This document shows, in pieces, positions 9,195-19,356 of a stretch of 50,140 bases of DNA. The stretch is from Nitrospinota bacterium (GTDB lineage Bacteria; UBA8248), in assembly GCA_046581755.1 (NCBI GenBank), contig JAYGFR010000240.1:1-50140 (forward strand), read 5' to 3'. Under the pieces are notes generated by a model, which did not search any database, was not told where the DNA came from, and saw only the letters and a program-made list of their open reading frames with translations. Made by a program: the position numbers and the translations under genes. How positions within the stretch are numbered: position 1 is the first letter of the stretch; every line of letters begins with the position of its first letter.

Positions 9195-10274
9195 ATGCCG
9201 TCGCTCTGGAAGCGCCTTTTGATAGCCTTCATGGTGCTGGTCTTTATTTTAATGATCGGCATCGTGGGGTACATGACGATCGAGGGGTGGAACTTATTCG
9301 ACTCCCTCTACATGACCGTCATTTCCCTGACCACGGTGGGTTACAGCGAAACGCACGACCTGTCCAAGAATGGCCGCATCTTCACGATCTTTCTCCTGTT
9401 CAGCGGGATGGGCATGCTCGCCTATGGAATCGGTACGTTCACCGCGTTCCTGGTCGAGGGCCAATTGCTGGATTACCTGAGAGGCCGGCAGATGCTTAAA
9501 AAAATCAGCCGATTGCGCGATCATTTTATCATTTGCGGATACCGGGGCGAGGGGCGCTATGCCCTCGAGGAACTCATCAAGACGAAAACCCCCCACGTCG
9601 TCGTGGACTCGGATATCGCCGAATTGAGTACGATGTTCCCCGACGCCAAATTGCTTTATATCGAAGGCGATCCGACCAAGGAGCAAACCCTCGAGCAGGC
9701 AAATCTGGAAAACGCCCAGGGCCTGATCAGCGCTCTGCCCTCGGACAGCGAAAACCTCCTCGTCATCCTCGCGGCCCGGGTGATGAGCTCCGACATCCGG
9801 ATCATTACGTGCGTATTCGACCGCGAAAGCGCCCAAAAATTCCAGCGCGTCGGGGCCAACGGAACCGTCATGGCGGATTTCATCGGCGGCCTGCGCATGG
9901 CGTCCGAGGCCATCCGGCCGACGGTCGTATCGTTTCTGGACACCATGCTCCGCGAAAAGGACCAGACCCTCCGCATCGAGGAGATCAAGGTTCTCGGAGA
10001 GGGGAACGAGTGGGTGGGCAAGACGCTTCAGGAGATCGATTTTCCACGCCAGACGGGCCTCCTTGTCGTGGCCGTGAAATCCCTGAACTCGGGGAAGTAT
10101 GTGTATAACCCCAGGGCCGATTACGTCGTCGAAATTGACGATGTCCTCATCGTCATCGGCCGCACCGAGCAGGTGTTCAAGATGAAACGGCTCCTCGGCC
10201 ACGATATCGATGATCCGGAAGGCGAGGATAACCACAGCGCCAGCCCCAGCGAGACGCCCGCGCAATCCACATGA
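9195..10274 (+). CDS. 2TM potassium channel with RCK (TrkA-N/TrkA-C) domains
   Basis: TTVGYS filter, HFIICGYRGEG, C-terminal TrkA-C (NPRADYVVEIDDVLIVIG). Confidence 0.92.
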   Translation: MPSLWKRLLIAFMVLVFILMIGIVGYMTIEGWNLFDSLYMTVISLTTVGYSETHDLSKNGRIFTIFLLFSGMGMLAYGIGTFTAFLVEGQLLDYLRGRQMLKKISRLRDHFIICGYRGEGRYALEELIKTKTPHVVVDSDIAELSTMFPDAKLLYIEGDPTKEQTLEQANLENAQGLISALPSDSENLLVILAARVMSSDIRIITCVFDRESAQKFQRVGANGTVMADFIGGLRMASEAIRPTVVSFLDTMLREKDQTLRIEEIKVLGEGNEWVGKTLQEIDFPRQTGLLVVAVKSLNSGKYVYNPRADYVVEIDDVLIVIGRTEQVFKMKRLLGHDIDDPEGEDNHSASPSETPAQST

Positions 10275-10978
10275 AAAAAGGCGCCGGAAGCCGGCCCCCC
10301 TCCCTTCGCCACTCCTGGTCGCTGACGCCCGGCGAGGCCCGGAACCTCCAAATCGGGCTTCGGGCGAAACTCCGCTTTTCTCCGCTGCGCCGCTCCCCGA
10401 GAACTGTCGCCGGCGCGGATATTTCCCACCTGCGCTTCGGCCGCCGGGCCGTGGCGGAGGTTGTGGTCTTCTCGTTTCCCGATCTCGAAAGGATCGAGGA
10501 GTCTCTGGCCCTGGGGGAGGTGGCGTTTCCCTATGTGCCGGGGCTTCTTTCTTTCAGGGAGGGCCCGCTTCTCGAGCGCGCCTTCGAGGGGCTGCGCCGC
10601 AGGCCCGATCTCGTCCTGTTCGATGGCCAGGGCATCGCCCATCCGCGCGGGCTGGGCATCGCCTCCCATCTGGGCCTTCGGCTGGGGGTTCCCTCTGTGG
10701 GGTGCGCCAAAAGCCGCCTTTGGGGCGAGGCCGCCGAGCCGCCTGATGAAAAGGGGGCTTGGAGCCCGCTGCGAGAGAAGGAGGAAAAGGTTGTGGGGGG
10801 CCTCCTCAGGACGCGAAAAGGAGTGAAGCCGGTCTACATCTCCCCCGGCCACCGGATCGACCTCGAAGGGGCCATCCGAATCGCCCTGGCGTCCTCTCCC
10901 CGCTATAGGATACCGGCGCCCATCCGGGCGGCCCACATCCGCACGAACGAAGTGCGCCGACGCCTGGGGATCGTCTGA
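10271..10978 (+). CDS. nfi: Endonuclease V
   Basis: VAGADIS, FPYVPGLLSFRE, FDGQGIAHPRGLGIASH, KPVYISPGH, RIPAPIRAAH. Confidence 0.96.
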   Translation: MKKGAGSRPPSLRHSWSLTPGEARNLQIGLRAKLRFSPLRRSPRTVAGADISHLRFGRRAVAEVVVFSFPDLERIEESLALGEVAFPYVPGLLSFREGPLLERAFEGLRRRPDLVLFDGQGIAHPRGLGIASHLGLRLGVPSVGCAKSRLWGEAAEPPDEKGAWSPLREKEEKVVGGLLRTRKGVKPVYISPGHRIDLEGAIRIALASSPRYRIPAPIRAAHIRTNEVRRRLGIV

Positions 10979-11012
10979 AAAAAAAAGCCCCCGCGCAGAG
11001 GCGCGGGGGCTT
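10978..11012 (-). terminator. Intrinsic terminator between convergent genes
   Basis: AAGCCCCCGCGC-AGAG-GCGCGGGGGCTT with an A-run on the left (U-tail on the minus strand). Confidence 0.8.
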
Positions 11013-11061
11013 CTAGTAATTTTGGGGATTCCAGTAATTCGAGGCGGCAGGGAGGGGGGGG

Positions 11062-13959
11062 TTATCCTTGACCGCCGGCCGAGTCCGGTTTTTTGGGTGC
11101 TTCGGCGGCCTTGAAATTCTCCTGGCTCATGATGAAATTCCGCAGCGCCTCAATCTGGCGCAGGCCATCCCCGCCGAGGAGATTCTCGTCGACGGGATCA
11201 CCGTGGCTCACGATTCGGGCGCGTCCGATGCGCGGGCCCAGGTCCACCGGGCTCGATATGGTGATTTTCTTCTCATCCACCCCCGAGACCGTAACGGCGA
11301 TCGATTTTCCGCCGATGGTGATCGTGGCGGTCTTCTCTTCGGCCAGTTCGGACTCTTCCGCCGCAGCCAGTTCGTATTTCCAGCGCCGGTTTTCCTTTCC
11401 GGTGCGCTTGCCGCTCAGGATCTGGGCGCTGGCGCCGGCGCCCTCGAAGAAGACCGGCATCTTGGTGCCAGGCGTTATTTTCTGGGGATTCTGAATCCAC
11501 TTGACGATCCATTCGGGGCGCAGGCGGCTCTTTGCATACGACAGGCTCGGAGCCGTGGGCGCCTCCTTGCCCGGGGGAGGCGGCCAATCGCCGTGGCAGG
11601 AAAGGCAGTCGGCCTTGGCGAATAGAATGCGCCCGGCCGCCAGCGATTCGGGCTTCACGCCTGCCTTGTCGAAATGAACGTAGGGCCGGAGCTTCCCGTC
11701 GAGCGCTGCGAAATAATCCACCAGCGCGGCGACATCATTCTCTGGCATCTGAAAGCTGGGCATCCGCACCTTCAACCAGGGCCGGAGTGTGACGACATTC
11801 TTGAGGAAACCGAAGAACCAGTTCGGCTGAACCTTATTGCCCTCGCCGGTCAGGCGGGGGGGACCGTTATTTTTGTCCTTGTAGCGGCGCAGGATATCGC
11901 CGCCCCAGTTTTCGATAACGTGACAGCCCGTGCAGTTGTATTTTTCGATCATCCGGCGGCCGAGTTCGATCTTTTTGGCGCGCGCGTCCAACTCCTGATG
12001 CACCGAATGAGGCACCCCGTGGCCGCCCAGCCCTCTGAGGAAGACTCGGATGGCCCGGGCCTCGCTGTCGGAGAGGTCGAAGTTGGGCATCAGCAGGGTT
12101 TCCCGGTCCGTCTGGAAGATTTTCGGGTTCTTCAGCTTCCCGAATGTCCATGCGTCCCAGTTCGCCTTGACATTGACGACGTTGCCGAATGAAAGCTCGA
12201 ATTCTTTTTTCTGGGAGAACATGGCCAGGTTGGGGCCGATCTTCGAGGCCGAATCCATTCCGGGAATGACGTGGCATCCGGCGCATCCACGCCGCCTAAT
12301 GAGCGTTTGGCCGCGCTTGAAGGCCGCGGGATCGTCGAGCTTGACCTCGGCCGCCCTCTTTGCGGGATCGGAGAGGCTGAACAGATAGGCGGCAATCGCA
12401 TTCGCATTGCCCTCCGAAATGCGAAGGGCCGGCATGGCCGTGCCGTGCCAGTAGCTCTTGGGATTCCTGATCCACCGCACCAGCCAGTCGGCCTGAACCT
12501 TGCGGCCCACATTTTTGAGGGCCGGGGCAAAGTCCCGGTTCCTGTATACGAGGGGACGGCCGTTCACCCCTTTCAGCGGCGGGCCGGGATTGTCGTCCTT
12601 GGCGTCCCGGACATGGCAGCCCAGGCACCCGACTTCCTCGAACAGCTTTTTCCCTTTGGCGATGGTGGCCGCATCGCCCATGCCGCCGATTTTCCGGGCG
12701 GCGGTGCGCCTGCGCCCGGCGGACCAGATATAGCTGGCAATATCCTTCGATTCCTGATCACTCAGGCTGAAGAAGGGCATTTTTGTGCGGGGATTGTAGC
12801 TTTTCGGGTGCTTGATCCAGGAGACGAGCCAGCCGGTGCTCACTTTTTCCTGAATGCGCGAAAGGTCCGGGCCCCGTTTTCTCAAGTCCTTGGTGCCGGG
12901 AATGTTGTGGCAGCCGTAGCAGCCGAGTTCGCGCACGAGCGAAATCCCCCGCGAAAGGATGGGGGCCTTGGGTAGGTTGAACACGTTCTGGTGGCATCCC
13001 AGGCACTTCGAGCCCCTCTCGGATTTCGGCAAGAGTTTATCTTCCCAGAAATGATCCTCCCCGTGGGCCAGGGCCACGGTCTTGAGGGCGCTTCCCTGGC
13101 CGCCATGGCAGGACTGGCAGCCGATTTTATTGGGGTCGTGTTTTTTGAGGTAGAAAGTACGGTCGGGATGGGTGGCGAAAGGCAGTTTTTTGCCGCCGGT
13201 TCCGGACCACATTTTACCCTCGAATCCGGAACGGTTGGTCCCGAGGTGACAGGACTGGCACCTGTCCGCCCGTATGACGGGTTCTCCGAAATTGTTGCGT
13301 TCGTACGCGCGGAGGACGATCTGCTTGATTTCGAGAAACCGCTTGTCGATGCCCTCGATGCGCTGTTTGTATTTAGTGATTTCCCCGGCGATGGACCGGC
13401 GGCGCTTTTTGAGGTCGTTCAGCGGCTTGTATTTTACCTCGATCTGGACTTTCACCGCGTCGCGGGCGGCATCAGCCTTCTCGGTGGGTTTTTTGAACCC
13501 GTTCCACTCCTTGCGCCACCGGGCGACGAGAGCGGATTCCTGGGAGATGTCCTTTCCGTGGCGGATTCCCTCGTTGAGTTCGAAATAGGCCTGATCGAAG
13601 TTCGCCTTGGCGAATCCGAGTTCCTGGGTCCTCTCGAAGGCGACGAGCTCGAGCTGCTCGAGTTTGGTCCGGAGTTTCGGAATTTCGGCGTCATTCGCCA
13701 GCTTGGATTCGATTTGAGCGATTTGGGCGTCAATTTTGGCGACCTGGGCGCCGAATTTCTTTTGACTGGCGGCGAGCAATTTCGCCACCTCGCCCCGCTC
13801 CATCCGGTTGAATTCTTGCTGGAAACTCTTCCATGGCCTTCGGGTGAACACCTCGTCCCAGACGGTCCAGACGGTTACGACGACCATTAAAATGCCCACC
13901 ACGAAAAAGAGGACCGGCGAGGTTCTCTCCTCAGGAGGGCGAAATTCTCGGGTTGGCAT
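11062..13959 (-). CDS. Membrane-anchored octaheme cytochrome c, probable complex III cytochrome c subunit
   Basis: N-terminal TM helix and coiled coil; 8 CxxCH motifs (CQSCH x2, CLGCH x2, CYGCH, CAGCH, CTGCH, CLSCH); repeated W...P....P.T.MP class I domains. Confidence 0.9.
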   Translation of the reverse strand: MPTREFRPPEERTSPVLFFVVGILMVVVTVWTVWDEVFTRRPWKSFQQEFNRMERGEVAKLLAASQKKFGAQVAKIDAQIAQIESKLANDAEIPKLRTKLEQLELVAFERTQELGFAKANFDQAYFELNEGIRHGKDISQESALVARWRKEWNGFKKPTEKADAARDAVKVQIEVKYKPLNDLKKRRRSIAGEITKYKQRIEGIDKRFLEIKQIVLRAYERNNFGEPVIRADRCQSCHLGTNRSGFEGKMWSGTGGKKLPFATHPDRTFYLKKHDPNKIGCQSCHGGQGSALKTVALAHGEDHFWEDKLLPKSERGSKCLGCHQNVFNLPKAPILSRGISLVRELGCYGCHNIPGTKDLRKRGPDLSRIQEKVSTGWLVSWIKHPKSYNPRTKMPFFSLSDQESKDIASYIWSAGRRRTAARKIGGMGDAATIAKGKKLFEEVGCLGCHVRDAKDDNPGPPLKGVNGRPLVYRNRDFAPALKNVGRKVQADWLVRWIRNPKSYWHGTAMPALRISEGNANAIAAYLFSLSDPAKRAAEVKLDDPAAFKRGQTLIRRRGCAGCHVIPGMDSASKIGPNLAMFSQKKEFELSFGNVVNVKANWDAWTFGKLKNPKIFQTDRETLLMPNFDLSDSEARAIRVFLRGLGGHGVPHSVHQELDARAKKIELGRRMIEKYNCTGCHVIENWGGDILRRYKDKNNGPPRLTGEGNKVQPNWFFGFLKNVVTLRPWLKVRMPSFQMPENDVAALVDYFAALDGKLRPYVHFDKAGVKPESLAAGRILFAKADCLSCHGDWPPPPGKEAPTAPSLSYAKSRLRPEWIVKWIQNPQKITPGTKMPVFFEGAGASAQILSGKRTGKENRRWKYELAAAEESELAEEKTATITIGGKSIAVTVSGVDEKKITISSPVDLGPRIGRARIVSHGDPVDENLLGGDGLRQIEALRNFIMSQENFKAAEAPKKPDSAGGQG

Positions 13960-14125
13960 TCGAATTAGTACTCCCGGAGTTTCGTGAGCGGATTTTGGGC
14001 AAATGAAGCAGGAGGATTATAGGATTCACCCCAAGGCCCGTCAACCAAAAGGCCCTTCCAGCAATAGGCCCGGAAAATCGGGGTATGGGGGGGTGAAAAT
14101 CCCACCGGGAAGGGTGCGCGGCCGA

Positions 14126-17100
14126 TTAATCTTCCACTTTGAGGGTCGGCACGGTGCGGGTCTGGTCCTGATTCCGGACGATCGAGGAAAGCTCGTAAAT
14201 AATGGCGATGGAAATCGCCGCATGCTCGTGAATGAGGCCGAGGAAGGGGTCTTTCTCGATGCCCAAAAGGGTGATATCCGTCCCCGCCCGGGCGCCTGCC
14301 GATCGGCCTTCGTCCCCGAAGAGCGCGATTTCGCCAAATGAGGCGGGCGGGGCCAGCGTCGCCAGAATCTGCTCGGTGGGCTTGCCGGGGTCTTTCACGA
14401 TTTCGACGTCTCCGTCCACGATCACATAGAGATAATCGCAAGGGTCTCCCTCCTCGAAGAGGACCTTTCCGGAGGGGAAATGGATTTCCGACGAAATGTC
14501 GCTGAGAATCTTGAGTTGTTCGGCCGTCATGGATTCGAACAAGGTGACGCCCCTGAGGAAGAGGGCTTTTTCGATGGTGGTGAGCATGTCCACACCGCTG
14601 GCTTCCCGGGAGGGGGGAGGGCCTTCCGCCCGGGAGGCCTCCTGGCGGACGGTGGCTCGGCGCGCCTGCTTTTTAACCCGCTCGTCCGGATCCCGGGAGG
14701 CCGCGGCGAGCCATTCCGGAGGGGAGTCGCCCAAAGTTTCCAGCGGCGCGAGGGCGCTTACGGCGGCTTCGCGAACGTAGACGTCCTCGTCCTCCGTCAT
14801 CACCCGGATGCGCTCCATCCACGCTTTTCGGTTTTCGCCGATGGAGCCCGCCCCGGCGAGGAGGAGGCTCTGCTCCTCGGTCAACATATGCCCCGCGGCG
14901 TCCACGGCCACGGCCCGGAGCCAGGGGTTGATCGAGCCCATGTAATTTTGCAGGACATCGCCAAACTCGGCGGGAGGCAAATCCCATGTTTTCCGGCCCT
15001 CGGCGAGTTTTTCGGCCGTCGTTCCGCCCAGCAGGAGGGGCTCGAGCATGAGAATGAGCTGCCGGATGTCGCCCACCGCCGGGACGTTGCTCAACGCCTC
15101 GATGGCAATCGCCCGGGAAGTCCTCTCTCCGTGGGCGAGGGACTGGGAAACGGTGTCCACGGTTTTTTCATCCCCGATCACCCCGAGCAGATTCAGGATA
15201 AGGGCCTGATCTCCCATTACCCGGTCGTTCAAGGTTCGGCGCAGCATCACCAACGATTCGTTGGTCCCTCTGAGTTCGATGGTGTGGAGGTGGTTGATGA
15301 TTTCATAAATGCCGATGAGATGTTCGAGAGAAAATGCCGTAAGCCCCTCGATCAATTCATCGTTGCTCACATACTGGGCGCCGCCGTTCTTGGGCGGGAC
15401 GAGCCAGCGGCTCAGGAATCCGAGGAGGGCGCCGCCCTCGATGGAGAGTGCTCCCCGCCGCTTTATCTCCTTCAGGGTGCTGACGGCTTCGTGGCGGACC
15501 CACGAGTCGGGATCGGTCAATGAGGCCACCAGGTGGTCGAAATCCGCGTGCGATCCCCTGTTTCCCAGCAGACGGACCCCGCGCCGCCGGAGCGAGGGAT
15601 GGGAATCCTCCAGGGCGGTCGCGATGATCTCGTCCAGCCTCTCATCGTCCTGGAAGTGCCCCTGAAGGAGGCGCTCGACTGATTCCATCGCCGCCTCGCG
15701 CACCGCCAGGTCGGGCTCTGAGAGGAACGGCACCACCCGCCGGACGAAGCGGGAATTTTCGAGCTCCCCAATGCACCGCAGCGCACAAATTTTCTCATCC
15801 CGGTTTCCTTCCTCGAGCATGGTGTGGAGCGTTTGGAGGCCCGACGCCAGGTAGAAAAGATCGTCCGAGTGGACCAGCAGCTGAACCGCCCGGGCGCGCA
15901 CCTCGGGGGACTCGTGTTTGAGGCTCTCCTGGATCATCTCGACGTAATCGTCGGCCACCCCCGCCTCGGAGATGGCGTCCATGGTGGCCCGGCGGCATTC
16001 GTCGTCTTCCGCGTTGAGCATTTGCCGCCATATCTCGCGCACCCTGGCGTTTTCCGCCACGTCCGGGGTCTTCGCCAGGAGGCGAATCAGGTTGCAGAGG
16101 CAACTTCCGGTCCGGCGGGGTATCTCTTCGAGTATGACCTTGACGGCATCGGCCTTGCCGGTGTCGGCGAGCATGCCCGCCGCGTAAACGCAAAGCTCGT
16201 CGTCCCCCTCCTGGAGGTTCTTCACGAGGATGGCCATGCTGTCCTCGTCGATATTGCCGAACCCCATCTGGGCGAACTGGAAGAGGCCCAGATTCCGCTC
16301 CTCGAGCATTTTCCGGAGGGCCGCGGTGTACTCGCTCCGGAGGAAGAAGCCCGTGGCGAAGTAGCCCGCCGCGATGATGAACGTAATGGCGGCCACCCAT
16401 CTCGGGCTCAGCGGAAAAAGGGCGAGCCCGGTTGGCTTGATGATGAGAAGAATGACGCCGCTCAAAATGCTGGCGATGGCGACGACCTGGCCGGCCACGA
16501 AGGCGCCCACCCGGCTCCGGATGTTGGTTGGCAGCGCGTTATAGAGAAGGGCGTTGATCGGGTTCCGAATCGATTCCTGAAGGTTTTTGTTGTTGAACCG
16601 GAGAAATATAGCGGAATAAAAAGAGGGCGATATAATCATCGCGCCCAGGCCGACCAGCGATGTTAGGGGATAAAGGAGGTTGGCCGTCCCGAGCCCCATG
16701 CGGCGGATGAGCCGGGGGGTGATGAAGGTTTGAATCATGAGGGCCACCGCGCTGCCGATCCCGGTGAACAAGCCGAGGAACGAGGCGAGTTGGGCCTTGT
16801 CCTGAAAAACATCGCGGAAGATGATGCTGTACTGAAAGTCCTGAAAACTCCTCATCAAAATGATGAGAAAGCTGAAAAGGGAAAAGGCGGCGACGTAGCG
16901 GTTCGCCTTCATCAGGGAGAATCCGCTCTTGCTCTTGGCGGCGCCCTTGGCCGTGGCGCGCTTTTTGGGGGCGTCGGGTTTTTCGATGAGCTGATCGAAG
17001 AGGCGGATCTGGATTGCCGCGATGAAGAAGATGGAAGCGCCGATGGTGGCGACCCAGAAGTAGAGCAGGTTCGCCACGCTCCCCATGACGTAGACGAGGA

Positions 17101-17614
17101 GCGGGATGGAGAAGCCGCCGACGATCCCCCCGTAGCGCCCGCCGGTCAGGATAATGGGGATGAGCCGCTTCGCTTGGAGCACGTCGAGGTAGAGGCCGTA
17201 GAAGGCGCGGAAATTGTTCGGAATCATGTTCGTGAACATGACGAACAGGGTGTGCAGAAAGGGCAGGGCGATAGGTATTCCCCACGCCTGGAAGTCGGCC
17301 GTTATGGCGAGCCGAATAACCAGGATCAGGCCGATAAAAAATGCGAAAACCGCCTTGAACATCGAGGGAATCGATAGCTTGTCCGTAAAAGAGGTGTAAA
17401 CGATGCTGACCACGATGATGACCAGCGCGTTGAAGATATACATGTAGGGAAGAAAGCCGGGTCCCACCTTCGGATGGGAGAGAAACAGGGCCTCGGAGAC
17501 GGAGAGGCCGATGGAAAACTGGAGCCCGATCAGGAAATAGAAAAAGAAAAATGCGGCGAAGACGAGAAATTCTTCCTCGCGAACGTTGAACAGGCGTTTG
17601 ATGAGTTTAGACAT
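14126..17614 (-). CDS. NTT/TLC-like MFS transporter fused to HEAT repeats and a cNMP-binding domain
   Basis: About 12 TM helices (FNVREEEF, QAKRLIPII..GG..G.I.GG), HEAT repeats (VRARAV, VREAAM, VRHEAV), C-terminal LTTIEKALFL...LFEEGDPCD.LY...FGEIAL...RSA. Confidence 0.88.
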   Translation of the reverse strand: MSKLIKRLFNVREEEFLVFAAFFFFYFLIGLQFSIGLSVSEALFLSHPKVGPGFLPYMYIFNALVIIVVSIVYTSFTDKLSIPSMFKAVFAFFIGLILVIRLAITADFQAWGIPIALPFLHTLFVMFTNMIPNNFRAFYGLYLDVLQAKRLIPIILTGGRYGGIVGGFSIPLLVYVMGSVANLLYFWVATIGASIFFIAAIQIRLFDQLIEKPDAPKKRATAKGAAKSKSGFSLMKANRYVAAFSLFSFLIILMRSFQDFQYSIIFRDVFQDKAQLASFLGLFTGIGSAVALMIQTFITPRLIRRMGLGTANLLYPLTSLVGLGAMIISPSFYSAIFLRFNNKNLQESIRNPINALLYNALPTNIRSRVGAFVAGQVVAIASILSGVILLIIKPTGLALFPLSPRWVAAITFIIAAGYFATGFFLRSEYTAALRKMLEERNLGLFQFAQMGFGNIDEDSMAILVKNLQEGDDELCVYAAGMLADTGKADAVKVILEEIPRRTGSCLCNLIRLLAKTPDVAENARVREIWRQMLNAEDDECRRATMDAISEAGVADDYVEMIQESLKHESPEVRARAVQLLVHSDDLFYLASGLQTLHTMLEEGNRDEKICALRCIGELENSRFVRRVVPFLSEPDLAVREAAMESVERLLQGHFQDDERLDEIIATALEDSHPSLRRRGVRLLGNRGSHADFDHLVASLTDPDSWVRHEAVSTLKEIKRRGALSIEGGALLGFLSRWLVPPKNGGAQYVSNDELIEGLTAFSLEHLIGIYEIINHLHTIELRGTNESLVMLRRTLNDRVMGDQALILNLLGVIGDEKTVDTVSQSLAHGERTSRAIAIEALSNVPAVGDIRQLILMLEPLLLGGTTAEKLAEGRKTWDLPPAEFGDVLQNYMGSINPWLRAVAVDAAGHMLTEEQSLLLAGAGSIGENRKAWMERIRVMTEDEDVYVREAAVSALAPLETLGDSPPEWLAAASRDPDERVKKQARRATVRQEASRAEGPPPSREASGVDMLTTIEKALFLRGVTLFESMTAEQLKILSDISSEIHFPSGKVLFEEGDPCDYLYVIVDGDVEIVKDPGKPTEQILATLAPPASFGEIALFGDEGRSAGARAGTDITLLGIEKDPFLGLIHEHAAISIAIIYELSSIVRNQDQTRTVPTLKVED

Positions 17615-17709
17615 TCGGACCCATCCGGCGATCCAATGGAGCCGGAGGGATGCGCAAGCAATCCCCCCTCCGGCGACGCGTGCTGGCACATCAATTTCAA
17701 GAGTCTAGC

Positions 17710-19356
17710 TTATTCGGGCCGGGATTTCCAAGAATAGTAAGCCAGGGCGTCCTCCACCCACTCGCCCGTATTGGCGCAAAAAGAAGGCCAGCGGCTGTTC
17801 GCGCAGTGGCCCCTGACGGGATCCGCGTTTCCCTCGGGGATGAGCCCGCTCATGGGTGAGATGTCGAATTCCGCCCGCACGGGCATCCGCTCCCGCTCCC
17901 CCGGAGGAAGGAACGAGAGGAAACGGTTGAAGGCGTAAAAGGTTTTTTTGAGCTGCTCGCAAAGCGCATCGGCTCCGCCCGCCAGGTCCGCCAGCTCCGG
18001 GATCAGGGGCGCATACCGGTTGAACTCCATTCCCTCGCCCTCCTGGTTGGCGATGCTGTCCACACCGATGGTGCCGATGGTGTGGCCGGTGAACTCCACC
18101 GGGAACAGGCGCGCGTAGAGGGATTCGACCCGGGGGCCGCTCCTCCCGATGCGGAGGTGGACGCGGACGCTGAAAAGGCCAAAGTCGATCCAATTGCAAA
18201 TCAGGGGGAGATAGGGGCGCGCGAAGAGTTGTTGATAATTTTCGATGGCGCGGGTCAGGCGCTCGCGCGCCCGGCTTCGGGGTTCGGCCGATAGCCGGAG
18301 ATTCTCTTGGAGGGCGGCGGCGGAGTTTCTGAGCAGTTTGGCGATATGGCCGGGCTCATCGGCGCCGGTTTCGCCAGGAGCCGCAACGCCGTCGTGCAGG
18401 TAGGCCCGCGCGGTGGCCGGGCTGAGCCGGAAACGGGCGGCCAGCCAGGAGAGCGCGCGGATATGGGCGGGGTTATCGGGGTCGAGCGAGAGGGGAAGGG
18501 GGGTGGGCCGCTCCGGCGCGATGCCCAGCCGGCTGAGGTCGGGCAGGGCAAAGCCGTCCGGAAAAATATCGATCCGGAAACACCCGATTCCGCCGCCTCC
18601 TTGGCGGGGTTTTACGAAGAAGGTGGTTTTCCCCCATTTTTCCCGCATCTGCGATGCCGAATCCAGGATGGCGTCGGCGGTGACGTGGGCCACCTGGCTC
18701 TCCACGGAGACCGCCTGGTAGCGGGCGGTCACGAAGTCCGGGTCCGATTTGCCGCCCGTTGAGCCGCCGTTCAGGAATTCATAGGTTTTCTCTTTGTTGG
18801 AGAGCGGCCCGTCCGGGGCGGTGAGCGGCCCGGGCACGACGATCGCCCCCATATCCACCAGCGCCTCGGATAGGCGGGCGTCGTACAGGGAGCGCTGGGC
18901 GGATTGGCTGATCACGAGCGTCCGCCTCGGGGCCCTGGCCACCCGCGCCATCAGTTCCTCGCGCTTGTTGATCACATGAAAGGGAACCCGGAGCCCGCGG
19001 CTCGTCAGGAAGGCCTCGGCGATGCGCCCCGTTTCGGCCGAAAGGGGAAGGCGGTTCGGGGAGCCGTCGAGGAGAAGTATCTCGCGGGGAACACGCGCTT
19101 TTCCCCCGAAGGGTTTCAGGGCGAGCGCGTTGAATTCACTCTGGCCGGCGGCCCAATCGTTCAGGCGCTCCATCAGGGTGGCGGTGAAATCTCCGGCCGG
19201 GGAGTCGAACTCGCGGCTGACCTGAAACAGATCCCAGCTGCCCGCGCTGGCGTCGGGCGTCAGGCGGTAGAGCGAATCCTTCCGCTCCAGGGAAAATCCC
19301 TCTCCCGGTTCGGGGACGAAGGGGGCGGCGGGGCGGGACGGGTCCGGTGCGCTCAT
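17710..19356 (-). CDS. Divergent ATP-grasp-fold protein
   Basis: LSNKEKTYEFL and FFVKPRQGGGGIGCF match the ATP-grasp core; C-terminal EFDISP...EGN resembles the metal-binding motif. Start overlaps the upstream stop (ATGA). Confidence 0.6.
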   Translation of the reverse strand: MSAPDPSRPAAPFVPEPGEGFSLERKDSLYRLTPDASAGSWDLFQVSREFDSPAGDFTATLMERLNDWAAGQSEFNALALKPFGGKARVPREILLLDGSPNRLPLSAETGRIAEAFLTSRGLRVPFHVINKREELMARVARAPRRTLVISQSAQRSLYDARLSEALVDMGAIVVPGPLTAPDGPLSNKEKTYEFLNGGSTGGKSDPDFVTARYQAVSVESQVAHVTADAILDSASQMREKWGKTTFFVKPRQGGGGIGCFRIDIFPDGFALPDLSRLGIAPERPTPLPLSLDPDNPAHIRALSWLAARFRLSPATARAYLHDGVAAPGETGADEPGHIAKLLRNSAAALQENLRLSAEPRSRARERLTRAIENYQQLFARPYLPLICNWIDFGLFSVRVHLRIGRSGPRVESLYARLFPVEFTGHTIGTIGVDSIANQEGEGMEFNRYAPLIPELADLAGGADALCEQLKKTFYAFNRFLSFLPPGERERMPVRAEFDISPMSGLIPEGNADPVRGHCANSRWPSFCANTGEWVEDALAYYSWKSRPE

